A DNA stretch of 64,000 nucleotides, taken from Eledone cirrhosa (taxonomy: Eukaryota). Below the pieces are notes generated by a model that was not told the origin of the DNA, did no database searches, and saw only the letters and a list, made by a program, of their open reading frames with translations. Position numbers and translations under genes: made by a program. The stretch lies in assembly GCA_964016885.1 (NCBI GenBank), contig OZ024746.1, positions 79,546,001 to 79,610,000 on the forward strand, in the 5' to 3' direction. Below are positions 1-14,639 of this stretch, piece by piece (positions within the stretch are counted from its first letter, which is position 1; every line of letters begins with the position of its first letter).

Positions 1-313
1 CCCTTCCTCCTAATATTCTCTATAAAAACTAAATAGGTCCTCAGTAATATTATTCTGATGAAATGACAGTAAACAATAACATTGAAATATTGAATGTCTG
101 CATAACTAAAAGTTTGTAGATAGCTGTTTTAGGTTATGTAACTGTTATAGAAACACGTGTCAATAAATTCCTTTCAACTAAACTGTATCCATTCAAATCT
201 TTCTATTTTTCTCCGGATTACTTTTGGAACTACAACTGGAACCGTCGAGCAAACTCTACGTGAGCTGATAATCTACTGTGTGTAATATTTATATTACAAC
301 ACAACGGAAAAAA

Positions 314-374
<61 letters not shown>

Positions 375-562
375 AGGTGTAGATTAGATTACATACTTGA
401 ATATATATGCTGGTTTGTATATGTATATGTGTATATATATATATATATATACATACATGCAGTACATATAATGATAAATGTTGGCAGAGATAGAAACATA
501 GATCGATTAGCTAGCAAGATTGACAAACGGACAGATAGACGAACAGACAGCCCGACAGACAG

Positions 563-618
<56 letters not shown>

Positions 619-631
619 TATATATATATAT

Positions 632-700
632 TCATTTTATTAAGGCTAAATAGTGAGTTTTCTTACTTGGAGTATCGTATGTTTATCACCCATATAATGC
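632..700 (-). mobile_element. Short fragment of a (TA)n-embedded element, same family as 51234-51552
   Basis: TTCATTTTATTAAGGCTAAATAGTGAGTTTT...TGTTTATCAC matches the reverse complement of about 51490-51552. Confidence 0.6.
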
Positions 701-832
701 GAAATTCCAGATCAACACGAGACTCATTATTGAGACTTAATACTTCGGTATTGAGTACTCTTTTCTATTAGCGCTCAACCACAAACAGATATATATATAT
801 ATATATACATACCTCCCCCTATATATATAAAA

Positions 833-871
<39 letters not shown>

Positions 872-960
872 TGGATAGATGGATAGGTAACTAGCTAGTT
901 AGATAGATAGATGGATAGATAAATAGATAGATAAATAGATAGATAGATAGATAGATAGAT

Positions 961-1097
961 ATGTTTCTTTTATTTGCCACCAGGGCATCAAAAGTGGGAC
1001 AAGTACAATGGGGGGAGTTTACCAAACAAGGCGTCCTCAATAAGGAGGAGGCAATAACAATATATAAAAATAAAATAAAATATAACAAAAAATAAAA
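961..1097 (-). mobile_element. 3' UTR fragment of a Tx1/L1-type LINE inside a (GATA)n tract
   Basis: Reverse complement nearly identical to 18160-18284 (TGTACTTGTCCCACTTTTGATGCCCTGGTGGCAAATAAAA); GATA repeats on both sides. Confidence 0.85.
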
Positions 1098-1133
1098 GAT
1101 AGATATATAGATAGATGGATAGATAGATAGATG

Positions 1134-1210
<77 letters not shown>

Positions 1211-1436
1211 CCGGAGAAGCTCGTTTCACTAAGATTCATTCAATGGAATGATAGCCATTAATTAGATGACAAAAGATGTAAATATCCTGCTGGTCGCTAG
1301 TCTAGCTATTCTTTCCCGCGATGAAAGTCTCAACATTGGATCCATTTATGTTTTGATGATTCCTCAGTGGTTACTATTAATGAAATCACTTCTCTCCAGG
1401 CTGCTTCTCATCCTTTAGAACATATATGTTGTTCTA

Positions 1437-1510
<74 letters not shown>

Positions 1511-1595
1511 TGATGATGATGATGATGATGATGATGACGATGACGATGATGATGATGATGACGATGATGATGATGATGATGTTGCTGATGTTTTT

Positions 1596-1626
<31 letters not shown>

Positions 1627-1632
1627 ATGATG
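1437..1632. repeat. (ATG)n/(ACG)n/(TTG)n trinucleotide microsatellite
   Basis: Directly visible. Confidence 0.95.
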
Positions 1633-2679
1633 GTGGTATTTGTACCATTGTTTTTATTGTCGTTCTCGCTGTCTTTCATTTGGTCAATGTCGTTTATGCT
1701 GTTATCCCTGTCGTCAGTGTATGTTGATATTACTATTGTTTAGTTTAAAGTCAACCCTGTCCAACCAGGCTTACAATATGGTGTTATGAAGGCAAGTAAC
1801 CTACAATGTAGGGTGTTGGGTTCATGACCGAAAGGTTTTGGGTTCAATTTTGACACTGGGTGGCGTATGGTGTAATTAAAAAGAAATTAGGTAGGTATTT
1901 CTCGTATATCAACCATATTGATGCTCCTTTGTCGGGTGGTCGAATGGATGAATTATAGAACTATTTACTCCTAGTTCATGGCTTTGTATTTCAGACTTTC
2001 CTTTGTCCTTCGGAACACGACACTGTTTCTTTATTTTGCATGTTTCAGTTCAGCTAGTAAACCAAGGTAATAAGATATACCAGGTTATTTGGAAATATTA
2101 TTTATTCGAGAGTTGTGTTCTATTGAGGGAAGGATTTATCTCTTCTTTGACACGGAGCCTTGAGTTAAGTACTAGCCTTAAAACTCTCTTTTTGTCCCTC
2201 TTCGTTGCTGCTATTGTTCCTCGGCATCTCGCTAGCTATACAGCGTGATTCCAATGTGTACCACCAATAATGTGCATTTATAATGCCTTCCACAATTACT
2301 ATGTACTTCTGCAAAATGTACCATCTTTACTGTGCGTTACAAAGGGAACGTTGCAAAGGGAACGTCTAAACCACACAATCCTGTATGATTCTTTAACTCA
2401 CTTTGTTAAGTTTAAATATTCCTGTTGGTTTTATTCAGCTATCATAGATTCGCGGAATTAGGACAAAAGCTGTTTTGATTTCTATTCTTATATAGAGGAG
2501 GAAACGGAGGTCCCATAACAATTTTCAGAGTCTCTATCATTGATAGGAACAATCCATAGTATAAGGCAGTGTTTCAAGATCTCGGGTTATCCTCAGTCTG
2601 GACTTGTAGTCCGAATGTTTGCAACTAAGAGACCGGAGAGTCGTGTTGAATTGGGTGAAAAACAGAGTCTATAATCATC

Positions 2680-2905
2680 AGTCCTTACTGGACACCAAAA
2701 GTGAATTATATATTTCGAATTTAGACAGAAGGCCAACAAATTTGGAGAAATGGAAACGTTTGTTAGATTAACCCCAGTCCTTGACCCCAGGAAGATGAAT
2801 GCCATAGTTTACCTTGGCGGAATTTGAGCTCAGAATGCAAACAGCCAGAACAAATAACCCAATAGTATTTTATCTGACATTCTATGATTTCTGCCAATGC
2901 ACCAC
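2680..2905 (-). mobile_element. Diverged tRNA-derived SINE (family 1)
   Basis: GACCCCAGGAAGATGAATGCCATAGTTTACCTTGGCGGAATTTGAGCTCAGAA resembles the reverse complement of the family core and B box. Confidence 0.65.
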
Positions 2906-3390
2906 TAAGATGAATAATTACAAATTCAACGATGGCGTTATATTTAGTATACTCTAGGAGTAAGGAGGGTCAGAGTTTAATCTAGTCTACTCAGTTGGCC
3001 ACTTTATAGATTTAGTATCATTCGATATTGAATGTTTTCAATTTCTCCAAAATTGTGTCTTCTTTATTTACAGCTTTCCTTCTTTTATATTTATTTCTTC
3101 TCTTTCTTTCTTTCTTTCTTTCTTTCTTATTCTCATTCATTCATTTTTTTTTTCATACTTTCTTTATTTAATTTCTTTCATTCTTTAATTTCCTTTTTTG
3201 AATTGTTTTCGTTCCTCCCTTTCTTTCGGCTTGATTCTTTATTTTTCTTCTTTTTTTTTATTTATTTCTCTCTTTTCTGCTTCTCTTCTTCTTTCTCTTC
3301 TTCCTTTTCGCTAATAGTTGTTTCTTTTTTCTTCTCTCTTTTTTTTATCGTTTAATTTATATTTACATATTTATATTTCTTTCCTGGTTT

Positions 3391-3425
<35 letters not shown>

Positions 3426-3475
3426 ACAATTCTTTTCTTAGTCCCTTCTTGTCACTCTGTCGCAGTCACTGCTTA

Positions 3476-3550
<75 letters not shown>

Positions 3551-3706
3551 CTCAATCCAATCTACTGCTCTCCCTGTTATATATTTTATGCTATATTTTG
3601 ACAAACGGAAACCAGAGCAAACGAAACCATTAATTCTGAATGTGTCTTTTGGCAACACCGCCAGTAACAGCCCCCCCCCCCACACACACACACATACACA
3701 CATACA

Positions 3707-3850
3707 CTAACAACAACGACGACAACAACAACAACAACAAAAGCAGCAACAACAATAACAACAAAACTAATAATAAATAACACCAACGATATTAAAAACA
3801 ACACTAATAACAACACTAAAAACAACAATAATAACAACTCTAATAGCATC

Positions 3851-3892
<42 letters not shown>

Positions 3893-4265
3893 AACAACAA
3901 CAACAACGGCAACATTATTAGATTCTACAATACCACCATCTGCAACAAGAACGTTTCGTCCTTTATCACCACCATCACCACCACCGGCACCACCACCACT
4001 AACAACAGTAACAGCAACAACGACAGTAAGACCAACAACAACATCAAGAGCTATTAACAGGAAAAGCACTATTATCTCCAACTTCATTATCGTCACACCC
4101 TGTAACTACCACTACAACAACAACAACAATAACAACAACAATAACAAGAGCAGCAACAACAACAACTACGGCATTAACAACATCAGCAACCACAGTAACA
4201 TCCGCAGCAGCAGCAACAATAACAACAACAACAACAATAACAATACCAACAACAACACCACCACC

Positions 4266-4310
<45 letters not shown>

Positions 4311-4415
4311 AACAACACCAACAACAACAACACCAACAACAACAACAACAACAACACCACCACCAACACCACCACCACCGCCACCACCACCACCACCACC
4401 ACTACCACCACCACC

Positions 4416-4447
<32 letters not shown>

Positions 4448-4553
4448 CAACAATAACAACACCAACAACAACAACACCAACAACAACAACACCAACACCA
4501 CCACCAACACCACCACCGCCGCCACCACCACCACTACCACCACCACCAACACC

Positions 4554-4584
<31 letters not shown>

Positions 4585-4622
4585 GCCACAATAACACCAA
4601 CAACAACAGCAACAACAACAAC
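3707..4622. repeat. (CAA)n/(CAC)n compound trinucleotide tract
   Basis: Directly visible. Confidence 0.95.
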
Positions 4623-4649
4623 AGCCTCTCTCATCATTATTATCAGCAT

Positions 4650-4835
4650 GGTGGACTGGCAGTATCGGTAGAGGGTCGGACGCCATGCTTTGACGCATAG
4701 AGTTACGGCCTTTGCCATTCTGAGTTCAAATCCCGCCGAGGTTAACTTTGCCTTTCATCCTTACGGGGTCTATATAATAAAATACCAGTAATGCACTGGT
4801 TGATTGCTGGCCTTGTGCCTAAAGTAGAAACAATT
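4650..4835 (+). mobile_element. tRNA-derived SINE (family 1)
   Basis: A-box-like TGGCAGTATCGG, B box GAGTTCAAATCC, core CTTTGCCTTTCATCCTTACGGGGTC, tail GGCCTTGTGCCTAAAGTAGAAACAATTA; near-identical copies elsewhere in the window. Confidence 0.88.
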
Positions 4836-4874
4836 ATTATCATTATTGTAATCAGCAGCAGCACTTTTATAAGC

Positions 4875-5259
4875 ACCATCATCATCATCACCATCATCAT
4901 CGTGATCACGACCATCATCATCGTCGCCATCATCATCATCATCATCATCATCATCGTCGTCATATATCATCATCGTCGCCATCATCATCGTCGCCATCAT
5001 CATCATCATCATCATCATCATCGTCGTCATCTTCATCATAATCATCATAATCATCATAATCATCATTATCATCATCATTGTCGTCGTCTTTGTCGTCAAT
5101 GTCATCATCACCACCACCATCATCACCACCACCATCATCACCATCATCATCATCGTCATCACCACCACCACCATCGTCATCATCATCACCATCATCATCA
5201 TCGTCATCACCACCATCATCATCATCACCACCACCACCACCATCGCCATCATCACCACC

Positions 5260-5293
<34 letters not shown>

Positions 5294-6016
5294 TCACCAC
5301 CATCATCATCACCACCACCAGCATCATCATCACCACCACCACCACCACCACCATCATCATCACCATCATCATCATCATCATCATCACCACCACCACCATC
5401 ATCATCACCACCACCACCACCATCATCATCACCACCACCACCACCATCATCACCACCACCACCACCATCATCATCATCACCACCACCACCATCACCATCA
5501 TCATCACCACCACCACCACCATCATCATCACCACCACCACCATCACCATCATCACCACCACCACCATCATCATCATCACCACCATCATCATCATCACCAC
5601 CACCATCATCATCACCATCATCATCATCATCATCATCATTGCCAACCACCACCACCATCATCATCACCACCACCACCACCATCATCATCACCACCACCAC
5701 CACCATCATCACCACCACCACCACCATCATCATCACCACCACCACCATCATCATCATCACCACCACCACCATCACCATCATCATCACCACCACCACCACC
5801 ATCATCACCACCACCACCATCATCATCATCACCACCACCACCACCATCATCATCATCACCACCACCACCATCACCATCATCATCACCACCACCACCATCA
5901 CCATCATCACCACCACCACCATCATCATCATCACCACCATCATCATCATCATCACCACCATCATCACCACCACCACCACCATCATCATCACCACCACCAC
6001 CATCATCATCATCATC

Positions 6017-6050
<34 letters not shown>

Positions 6051-6139
6051 TCACCACCATCATCACCACCACCACCACCATCATCATCACCACCACCACC
6101 ATCATCATCACCACCACCATCATCATCATCATCATCATT

Positions 6140-6172
<33 letters not shown>

Positions 6173-6185
6173 GTTATCATTATCG
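4875..6185. repeat. ~1.3-kb (CAT/CAC)n trinucleotide array
   Basis: Directly visible; produces the poly-H and poly-P/S pseudo-ORFs. Confidence 0.95.
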
Positions 6186-7042
6186 TCGCACTTTTGTGAC
6201 GGCTGGATCAGGTTTGACCTGGAGTTAAAGCACAACTTCAACATTATCTACAGCAACACGAGAAGGAATTATAAACGCTAAAACAAAGCAAAACACATTC
6301 CCGCATATATAAAAGCTATCTGACTGAGAGAGGCGGAGCACAGTTTAAAACTGGTCTTAACAACTAAATATAGTGGAGAGGCAACATATCGCCAAGGATC
6401 TTCGAAGCATCAATATGTTGGTCTTTCAATACACGAGGGTAGGAAAGGATTCAACAATAAAAAGATTGTAAGGAGTATTACACACCAATCTTGCACTTAG
6501 TGAAGAGGTAAGTCTCAGATAGTTTATTTTCAAGTGTGTACCCACAGATTGCACGAAGACAGCCTTTATGAAAGACGTCTAGTTGATTGGTGTGTGACTT
6601 ACACGAAGCCCGAGATTCTGATTCATATATGAGTGTGGTCAGTACAACAGCTTTATAAACTCGTATCTAGGTGTCCAGTGTTATGCACGTTATATTCCAA
6701 AGGCAGCGGAGTTTGCCAAATGGACTCGTAGCTTTCTCTTTACGAGTAATTATCTCGTTATCGAGAGATGTATTTTAGTCTATCTAAGTTCCAAGATATG
6801 TGAATGATTTCAAATATTTGATATTTTTTCCATCGAACTTTATAGTAACATCTGACAACTGGTGAAGTGGCGGTTTCTGTTTGGCACCATGTATTTATTT
6901 GGGCATAGAACATATGTGGTGAATCACCTCACATTTCTCAGACTAACAAGTTTCTTAACTTAGACATAATGAAGAATATTATTGAAGTCTACTACTACTT
7001 TTGTATTGAGCACTCCTTCACGAGTCCGTCCACATCGCGCGG

Positions 7043-7091
<49 letters not shown>

Positions 7092-7123
7092 AGAAAAACC
7101 ACAGACCCTCCATCTCAACTCGA

Positions 7124-7160
7124 CTTTTGAAAAGCAGAAGAACTGCGAAACCGGTAAAGG
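7124..7160 (+). ncRNA. Degenerate minimal hammerhead ribozyme motif (PLE type)
   Basis: TTGAAAA-GCAG-aagaa-CTGC-GAAA-CCGG-TA-AAGG; stem II GCAG/CTGC, palindromic CCGG stem III; core deviates from CTGANGA. Confidence 0.45.
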
Positions 7161-7225
7161 AACCAAATAAAAATATATATATTTTTTTAAATAAGACTCC
7201 AGTTGCATTTTCGATTTCATCTTTT

Positions 7226-7307
<82 letters not shown>

Positions 7308-7312
<5 letters not shown>

Positions 7313-7759
7313 AGCTGGAAACTCTGTTAAGAGTACTGCAATTGCTTGGAGAATTATAGAGTTTGGTGCACTTTTAGGCTATGGCCAGTCACACAAACCT
7401 GTAACATATCCTGAACAAGCAATGCCTGTGCTTAGAAGGATTTTTAAGTGGGGAAAGACCTTGCACTCGACTAATCCCTCTTTCTGACCGTCGAAAACAC
7501 TACTCGAAAAGGAGAACTGGTCACCATCATCGGACACCTCCGAAGCAGCAGGCTATTTTCAGAATTTCCCTCTCTTAGAAATGTGTTGTGAGAACAACTG
7601 GGGGCCTTTCATTCCCAGGTGGAGAAAAAGTACTATTTGGAACGCTGTGGAGTCCGCTGTGGCTCTCCGCCTTTTCATCCTGCAGGGTATCCAAATATCA
7701 CCCTCCTCACCAAGCAAGCTTGGTGGGGTTGCCGGTTTAGTCACCGACGTCCCGACCAT
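7308..7759 (-). mobile_element. Diverged non-autonomous RTE-tailed element (family R) with an alternative tail
   Basis: Head GGTCGGGACGTCGGTGACTAAACCGGCAACCCCACCAAG..CTTGGTGAGGAGGGTGA matches family R; tail GCAATTGCAGTACTCTTAACAGAGTTTCCAGCTATCAT resembles the RTE end at 30827. Confidence 0.75.
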
Positions 7760-7768
7760 GTATATATG

Positions 7769-7805
<37 letters not shown>

Positions 7806-7834
7806 TTGTATGCGTGTGCCTGTGTCTGTACATG

Positions 7835-7902
<68 letters not shown>

Positions 7903-7929
7903 TATGTGTGTGTGTGTGTGTGTGTGTGT

Positions 7930-8174
7930 GTTAAAGGTAAACAGAATTAACAAAAAATAAAAAAAATAAAATGGCACAGTACATGGAAGAAATATATTAG
8001 GTTAACGCTTGAAACTGCAGGAAGGGAGTCTTAATGTTTCGAACACTAGTCCTTCATCAGAAGATTAGAGTTAGAAATAGAAGAGAAATAGAACGTAAAG
8101 AGTGGTGAAAGGAAGGAAAGGGGAAAATGGGAAAAAATAACTGAGGAGAAAAGAACACACGTGCGTATTTAGTC

Positions 8175-8178
<4 letters not shown>
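7930..8178 (-). mobile_element. PLE-like 3' end (pLTR) fragment with a minimal hammerhead at 8028-8064
   Basis: Minus strand TCTT-CTGATGA-A-GGAC-tagt-GTTC-GAAAC-ATT-AAGA; bounded by (TG)n and (TA)n. Confidence 0.65.
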
Positions 8179-8229
<51 letters not shown>

Positions 8230-8298
8230 CAAGGTTTAGTAAATAGAGAAAGTGTTTTAGAATAAATTTTAAAAAGTTCGCTGTATTTACTATATGTA

Positions 8299-8380
8299 TC
8301 CTTACCGCGCGGTTTCAAATCCCAAAATAAATACATAATCCAGGCGGACCACCATTGAGAAGGGGATTCTCGTCAGAAGG
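8299..8380 (-). ncRNA. Type I hammerhead ribozyme (left arm)
   Basis: CCTT-CTGACGA-GAATCCC...GGGATTT-GAAA-CCGCGCGG-TA-AGG on the minus strand. Confidence 0.8.
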
Positions 8381-8826
8381 TTCTTCTCGCTCGGAGAATA
8401 TAAAATTCCCGAGTTCAAATCACAAACTGGCGCCATACAAAACTGTTCCCAGATGAGAGTGAATGAGGAAGGAACCAATTCTGTTTAGTGTCGTGTGTAA
8501 AGACAGAAGGCAGGGGCGGACAGGTCAATGTCCTGCCACTAGAAATAGCAGCAGTTCAAACGACCAAAATGCTATCTCAACCTTAGGGGCTATTAATAAT
8601 AATAAACTATGTGTTCCTACGTGTAAAAAATACATATAGGGATACAAGTATTATCCAACCGTATGCCAATGTGGTTCTATGACCTGTCCGCCCCTGCCTT
8701 CTGTCTTTACACACGGCACTAGACAGAATTGGTCCCTTCCTCATTCACTCTCATCTGGGAACAGTTTTGTATGTCGCCAGTTTGTGATTTGAACTCGGGA
8801 ATTTTATATTCTCCGAGCGAGAAGAA

Positions 8827-8908
8827 CCTTCTGACGAGAATCCCCTTCTCAATGGTGGTCCGTCTGGATTATCCATTTATTTTGGGTTTTGAAACCGCGC
8901 GGTAAGGG
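8827..8908 (+). ncRNA. Type I hammerhead ribozyme (right arm)
   Basis: Stem I CCTT/AGGG, core CTGACGA, stem II GAATCCC/GGGTTTT with a long loop, GAAA, palindromic stem III CCGCGCGG, GTA cleavage triplet. Confidence 0.8.
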
Positions 8909-8977
8909 TACATATAGTAAATAGCGCGAACTTTTTAAAATTTATTTTAAAACTTTTTCTCTATTTGCTAAACCTTG

Positions 8978-9021
<44 letters not shown>

Positions 9022-9027
9022 CATATA

Positions 9028-9146
<119 letters not shown>

Positions 9147-9212
9147 AATATATATATATATATATAAACAGATATATATATATATATATTTATATATATG
9201 TATATGTATATA

Positions 9213-9330
9213 TAACGAAGGAGTTGTGGTAAGGAACCAGATGGAGCATAACGCACCAGAGTACTCAATACTTAGGGTAGTAGCCGTCGAAACGGCTTGA
9301 GCTCTGCCGTCGGGGGTCATACTTTCTCAT
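9213..9330. mobile_element. (TA)n-embedded fold-back family G, rearranged copy
   Basis: Inverted tail joined to forward TAGCCGTCGAAACGGCTTGAGCTCTGCCGTCGGGG. Confidence 0.8.
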
Positions 9331-9405
9331 ATATATATATATATATATATGTATGTATATATATATATATACACACACACATACACACATACACACACAG
9401 ACATT

Positions 9406-9440
<35 letters not shown>

Positions 9441-9916
9441 CTATATATATATATAATTTATCTAATCTCTCTCTCTCTCTCTCCCTCACTCCTCTCTCCC
9501 TCCCCCCTCTCTCTCGCTCTCTATCTCTATTTTCACCCTCACACACTCCCTCTCATTCTCTCGCTACCATCCTCTTTGTCCCTCCTTGTTCGAGGAACAT
9601 CTCATGTGTTGTATAAAGACGTCATCTCAACCGTAAACTAACAATCAACCATTCTGAAGACACGCGCCTTTCTACACACATTTCATGTGTAAAAACAAAT
9701 GAATAGATTAAGTGAAGAAATATATTATTGAACTGCTTTGATTCATTGTCCTTGTCATTCCAGCAAACTACTAGTTTATAACAGCACACTCCAACCCCAC
9801 CGCAGCATCAACTACGCATATACATATATATATATATATATGTATGTGTATTCTATACACACACACACACACATATATATATAGTATGTATATATATATA
9901 TACTATGTATATATAT

Positions 9917-9983
<67 letters not shown>

Positions 9984-10080
9984 TATATATATATATATAT
10001 GTGTATATATATATATGTATATATATGTAAATGTATATAATATATGCATGTATATATATATATATACATATATGTGTGTG

Positions 10081-10160
<80 letters not shown>

Positions 10161-10464
10161 TAAAGAGAGAGAGAGAGAGAGAGGGATAGGGGGGGTGAGA
10201 GAGAGAGGAGGGGGAAGAGAGAGAGAGAAGAGAGAGAGAGTGTGGGGAGTGATAATCACATATAAACATACCTGTATGTATACCTATATACAAATACATA
10301 TCTTTATGCATACTGACATACATAAATACATAGAAGAACTGACATCAGAGAACTAATCATACGCAAACGTGTTCACACATTTATGTCTCACCCCCTCACC
10401 CCTACTCTCCTTTAGATTTCGTTCTTGTGTTCAAATATCTCTTCCTTTGATATATGTCTCAGAC

Positions 10465-11210
<746 letters not shown>

Positions 11211-11618
11211 GTTTGTACGTGTGTGTGTATATACAGAGAGAGAAAGAGAGAAAGAGAGGAAGAGAGGTACGTATACTGCAATAAAAACATGAATACGAAT
11301 ATGTATTAACATATTTTCATACATACCTATATTACATATGAACACCGAAGCATAGAAACACACACACACACACACACACACACAGAGACAGAAACACGTA
11401 GACGCACATTTAAGTATATATACACATATATGTAGACATACGTTACTTATATATATATATATATATATATACATACATTGATAAATCTCTATGTATTTAT
11501 ATCTGTATATACTTACATATACACGGATAAGTACATCAGTCTATACTTACATATACATATGAACGTACGCAAATCAGTATATACTTACATATACATAATG
11601 AAACAAAATCTGACTTAC

Positions 11619-11727
11619 AACTAGAAATGATGATAGTGGAATCAGCCATTTCTTTGGAAATAATTGACGAGGAAATTTGTATTTTATTGGAATTAGAAAT
11701 AATTCGCAATAAAACTGTCAAAGAATG
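11619..11727 (-). other. Candidate exon (109 bp), possibly containing a start codon (MADSTIIISS)
   Basis: Acceptor CTTTCTTTGTTTTTAG, donor GTAAGT, one open frame, AAGAAATGG context; no homology recognised. Confidence 0.3.
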
Positions 11728-12110
11728 CTAAAAACAAAGAAAGATTGTTGGACTGATGATGATAATTCAGTGACTGCCAGCCCATACAACACTGGGAAAT
11801 TATTACCAAAATGTTAAACCAGCCATAGCAACTGTCTTGAAATAAGCAACATACGACAATCGCAATAACAGTGATAACAAAACCTACCTCACCACCACCG
11901 CAACAATAACAACAACAACAACGACAGTAACAATAACAACAACGACAGCAACAATAATAACAAACTCAGCAAAACCGTTCAGATCAGAATGACAATAATA
12001 AAAACAACCACTACTACTTCCACAAGCAACACTAATACAACACCAACAACAACGACGAAGCCAACAACAGCAATTACCACCTCTTCCACCCACATTACAA
12101 GTAAGTAACA

Positions 12111-12300
12111 ATAACTGTTTCTACTTTTGGCACAAGGCCAGCAATTACCCAGTACATCACTGGTACTTTATTTTATCGACCCCGTAAGGATGAAAGGCAA
12201 AGTTAACCTCGGCGGGATTTGAGCTCAGACCGTAAAGGGACGTATCTATGCTGGAAAGCATGGCGTCCGACTCTCTACCGATACTGCCAATTTACCGCCT
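12111..12300 (-). mobile_element. tRNA-derived SINE (family 1)
   Basis: Reverse complement of 4650-4835 with high identity. Confidence 0.88.
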
Positions 12301-12919
12301 ACAAGTAAGTAACAATAGCAACCACAACAAACAAAGACATACGTATCGCAGTCACACCAACAAAAATAACAATAGCTATGACCATTACTATCGCTTCCAC
12401 TAATACTACTAATACAAACAACAGCAACAATAACAACAACAGCTAACAACATTTCATTTGAAGACATCGCCAAGTGCCGATGTTAGCTTATGACCAGAAA
12501 TACAGACATACACACACATAAACAACATATACTTTGGGATTGTTTAACATAGATTGAACAATAGTTGTAGAGTCAAATGTGTTATTCATCTTTGGTTGGG
12601 GCATAAGGTGAAGAAATTGAGGTCTGTGTAAATGTCTATTAAATTCAAACCGGTATTTAAATGGCTTTTTTTTTTTATCGATCTCGAATTATGAGAGACA
12701 ACGTTGATTTCGGCGGAATTTTGAACTCAGGTCGCAAAGTGTCGTAATGCTGGAAAACATTTTGTCCGGCACACGATCTCTCAATTCTAAAACAATCATG
12801 TGTTGTATGATGTGTTGTGTTGAACTTCTGTAAGTTTCGATGATGTGTGTTACAATTGATCGAACAATAGGACAGTCTTCTCGTGAAATTAACTTGTAAG
12901 TGGTTGATCATTCACAAAC

Positions 12920-13152
12920 ACATACTGACAAAACTCTGTTCTCAGGGAGATTCAGTGCAAAAGTGTGTAACAAGGCTGGCCTTTTGAATTACAGGTACAA
13001 CGCATTATTGTCAACTGTGTGGACTGTAGCAACATGAAATAAAGTGTTTTACTCAAGGACTCAAGGACTCAACGCGCCACCTGGTGCTTGAATCAGATTC
13101 ACGACTTTTCGATTGTGAGTCGAACAATCAAACCACTGAGCTACACACCTTC
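12920..13152 (-). mobile_element. Diverged tRNA-derived SINE (family 2)
   Basis: GGACTGTAGCAACATGAAATAAAGTGTTTTACTCAAGGAC motif shared with 42835 and 52185 regions; tRNA-like head on the minus strand. Confidence 0.55.
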
Positions 13153-13608
13153 ACAACTAAATTAATAACAACAGCAACGACACGAGAAACAACAACAGTA
13201 GAAGTAACACTTTAAGCTGTCAGATGAAAGTAGATGACGTGGATGCTTCTCATATAGCTGGCATTAATTCAGCTACACGTGTTTGTTGTGTTGCGAAGAC
13301 ATCATAACGCCATAATCACATTGTTAACAACATTTCTACAGTATCAGAAGAACCTCATTAGTATGTGGCATTATTCTTTCATGTTCCAAGTCTTAAGAAC
13401 AAAAATAATTATCCACTCAACGTTGTTCGTATTGTTGTTATTTAACTCCAGCTCAACCCTGAACGAATGGACATGATCAAAGGCATTTTAAAGATAACTA
13501 TTCCGTTTATTCAAACTATATTAGCCGTTATATACTTACATTTTTTAAAAGGTGTGATTTGAGTGATGTTTGGCTATTATTTCTAGTATGCCGAACGATT
13601 ATTTATCG

Positions 13609-13677
13609 ATTCTTCTTCTTCTTCTTCTTCTTCTTCTTCTTCTTCTTCTTCTTCTTCTTCTTCTTCTTCTTCTTCTT

Positions 13678-13707
<30 letters not shown>
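13609..13707. repeat. (TTC)n microsatellite abutting a LINE 5' junction
   Basis: Directly visible. Confidence 0.95.
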
Positions 13708-13708
<1 letters not shown>

Positions 13709-14628
13709 GAGTTTCCACCGATCACACTGCCCTCAGCCAATCGGGCAGTGCGATCGGTGGAAACTCCACAAGGGTTTCCTATATAGGTTTAGTGCCGGGT
13801 CAAAACGACAACATTCTTGGGGAGACTTTGGGGGTCGACGAAAATCAACAAGTCACTCTTTTACAGACGGACGACATTCTGTAGTGGTAGGGATACTGAG
13901 GAGCTTTGCCAGTTCGAGATAAACATTAAGGCATGGAAGTGCCGTCAGACGGGCCTGTCCGAGATGCGCGCAGGGCCACGAAATCCTCTTGCACGAACTC
14001 GTTGAATGACCGAGTATTGCTGAATTGTGGGTTTAAGTCGAACACCTACTATCATGTGTGGGACGGATCCGACTATGAACTGGGTCAACTGTGAAGACCA
14101 GCTCGCTGTCTTCCTTTAAACGCGGTGGGTGGAGACAGGCAGTTTTTATTTACCTGGTAGACATGGTAAAAGAGATCGTGTGGTCGACGTGTTTGAAAGG
14201 GTTGAAGACAAGCACTTTCCTCTTCGGTGAAGCGTTGATAAACTTTTTCAGGTATCATCTGAAGAGAAAAATAAGGGTGGAAAGGGCAAAGCTGCCCTAC
14301 AACCAATTTTTTAATGATGAGTGTGAGAGGTGAGTATGGTCTAAGTAAATGGGCTTTCCCTGAGTATGCACCTGCAAAATGGTAAAATGGAGGAGGAAAA
14401 GTAAGAGAGGGCACTTGCCCTAACGATCAAGGTTACCGTGGATTTTTGTGAGCTTTCTCAGTGACTGATCCTCGGAGTTATCCCCTCTTTAGAGGAATTT
14501 ATTGTTTGATTTTTTAAATGTTTATTTTTTTTAAATGTTTGTTATAAACCTTTCTTTCACACACCAAACCAACGCTGTACCTTTTTTATTGTCCCCTATA
14601 TGTAGGCACGTGTGGCCAATAAAGGAAC
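13708..14628 (+). mobile_element. Decayed 5'-truncated Tx1/L1-type LINE (ORF2 C-terminus plus 3' UTR)
   Basis: Frameshifted peptides ALSQSGSAIGGNSTRVSYIGLV..DNILGETLGVDE and AVFIYLVDMVKEIVWSTCLKGLKTSTFLFGEALINFFRYHLKRKIRVER align to the 17290 ORF; ends GTGGCCAATAAAGG. Confidence 0.85.
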
Positions 14629-14639
14629 TATTATTATTC

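Larger units (their letters stand above)
8225..8982. mobile_element. ~760-bp fold-back element: ~303-bp inverted arms (8225-8527 and 8680-8982) with ~150-bp spacer, in (TA)n; probable inverted PLE pLTR pair
   Basis: Arms are reverse complements with about 15 mismatches counted by eye; each carries a hammerhead. Confidence 0.9.

Noticed and set aside
4650-4740. tRNA gene
   Set aside because: A and B boxes belong to a SINE head followed by core and tail; no cloverleaf or terminator
4770-6281. Poly-His and extensin-like Pro/Ser ORFs
   Set aside because: Produced by a (CAT/CAC)n array and starting inside a SINE; no coding evidence
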